NCBI GenBank assembly: GCA_003559415.1
Contig: PWLI01000156.1
Location: 1 to 39,617, forward strand
Length of the DNA: 39,617 bases
Source of the DNA: Clostridiales bacterium
GTDB taxonomy: Bacteria > Bacillota > Proteinivoracia > UBA4975 > PWLI01
Direction of reading: 5' to 3'
Below, in pieces: positions 39,296 to 39,617 of the stretch. Made by a program: the position numbers and the translations under genes. The notes beneath the pieces are model-generated. The model searched no databases and was not told where the DNA came from. It saw only the letters and a program-made list of their open reading frames with translations. Position 1 is the stretch's first letter. The number at the start of each line of letters is the position of its first letter.

Positions 39296-39306
39296 CCCGG
39301 GGTTTT
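39283..39306. terminator. Hairpin between convergent genes
   Basis: GCCCCGGG-actga-CCCGGGGT followed by TTT. Confidence 0.55.
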
Positions 39307-39616
39307 ATATTGCCAACATCTTTGTTTGTCGGCCACCCAGGTAACAGATGGTGCTGTTGGAAAAGGCCACAGTCTGTTCCAGCGCCACCATCAGTTTTTG
39401 ACCCGACCACATTTCCAGGGGATGCATGACGTTGAGCTCCAGTGCGTAACAGGTGTCAGGTTTTATGGTGTGCTCGCCGCCGCCCGGTATGTCGTGCTGC
39501 TTCTCAAACAGCCCTATGGTCGGGCCGGTGCCGTGACCGTGAAACCCAATGGGGTGAGTGTATACCTTTGCTTCCAGGCCTGCCGCCGCCGCTTGCTCCA
39601 GACTGGCGGCCAGCAC
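39305..39616 (-). CDS. M24-family metallopeptidase (Xaa-Pro aminopeptidase-like), C-terminal part (5' end outside the window)
   Basis: YTHPIGFHGHGTGP, YALELN and ALEQ positions of the pita-bread fold metal ligands. Confidence 0.8.
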   Translation of the reverse strand: MLAASLEQAAAAGLEAKVYTHPIGFHGHGTGPTIGLFEKQHDIPGGGEHTIKPDTCYALELNVMHPLEMWSGQKLMVALEQTVAFSNSTICYLGGRQTKMLAI

Positions 39617-39617
39617 C

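Overview
A 39.6-kb stretch of core chromosome from a moderately GC-rich Bacillota (Firmicutes) organism, probably clostridia-like (inferred from gene order, GGAGG ribosome-binding sites and sigmaA/sigmaH-type promoters). The backbone is the conserved uvrA-uvrC ... trxB-trxA ... rapZ-yvcK-whiA-HPr ... rpoN-cggR-gap-pgk-tpiA-gpmI-eno-secG region. Accessory modules within it are: (i) a two-gene minus-strand operon encoding a GCS2-family glutamate-cysteine ligase and a circularly permuted ATP-grasp amide ligase, a candidate non-canonical route to glutathione or another gamma-Glu-Cys conjugate; (ii) divergent from it, a six-gene DUF2089/DUF4097 (YvlB/LiaX-like) operon in which five proteins share one SHOCT-like bihelical motif; (iii) a YvlD-like holin-family gene, a Nudix hydrolase, a LonC-type protease and a stand-alone glucodextranase-C-like protein; (iv) DegV, a CoA-disulfide-reductase-like flavoprotein, a PHP phosphatase, a CPBP protease, MscS, rpmE, a K+-dependent (likely Na+) membrane PPase, an MFS transporter, an esterase, a GNAT and a partial M24 peptidase. 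Regulatory signals read directly from the DNA include a CsoR/CstR-type palindrome over the trxB promoter, a consensus sigma54 -24/-12 site in front of rpoN itself, a CggR operator and four sigmaH-like promoters. No rRNA, tRNA, CRISPR array or mobile element was seen. All family assignments come from motif recognition by eye, not from database searches.
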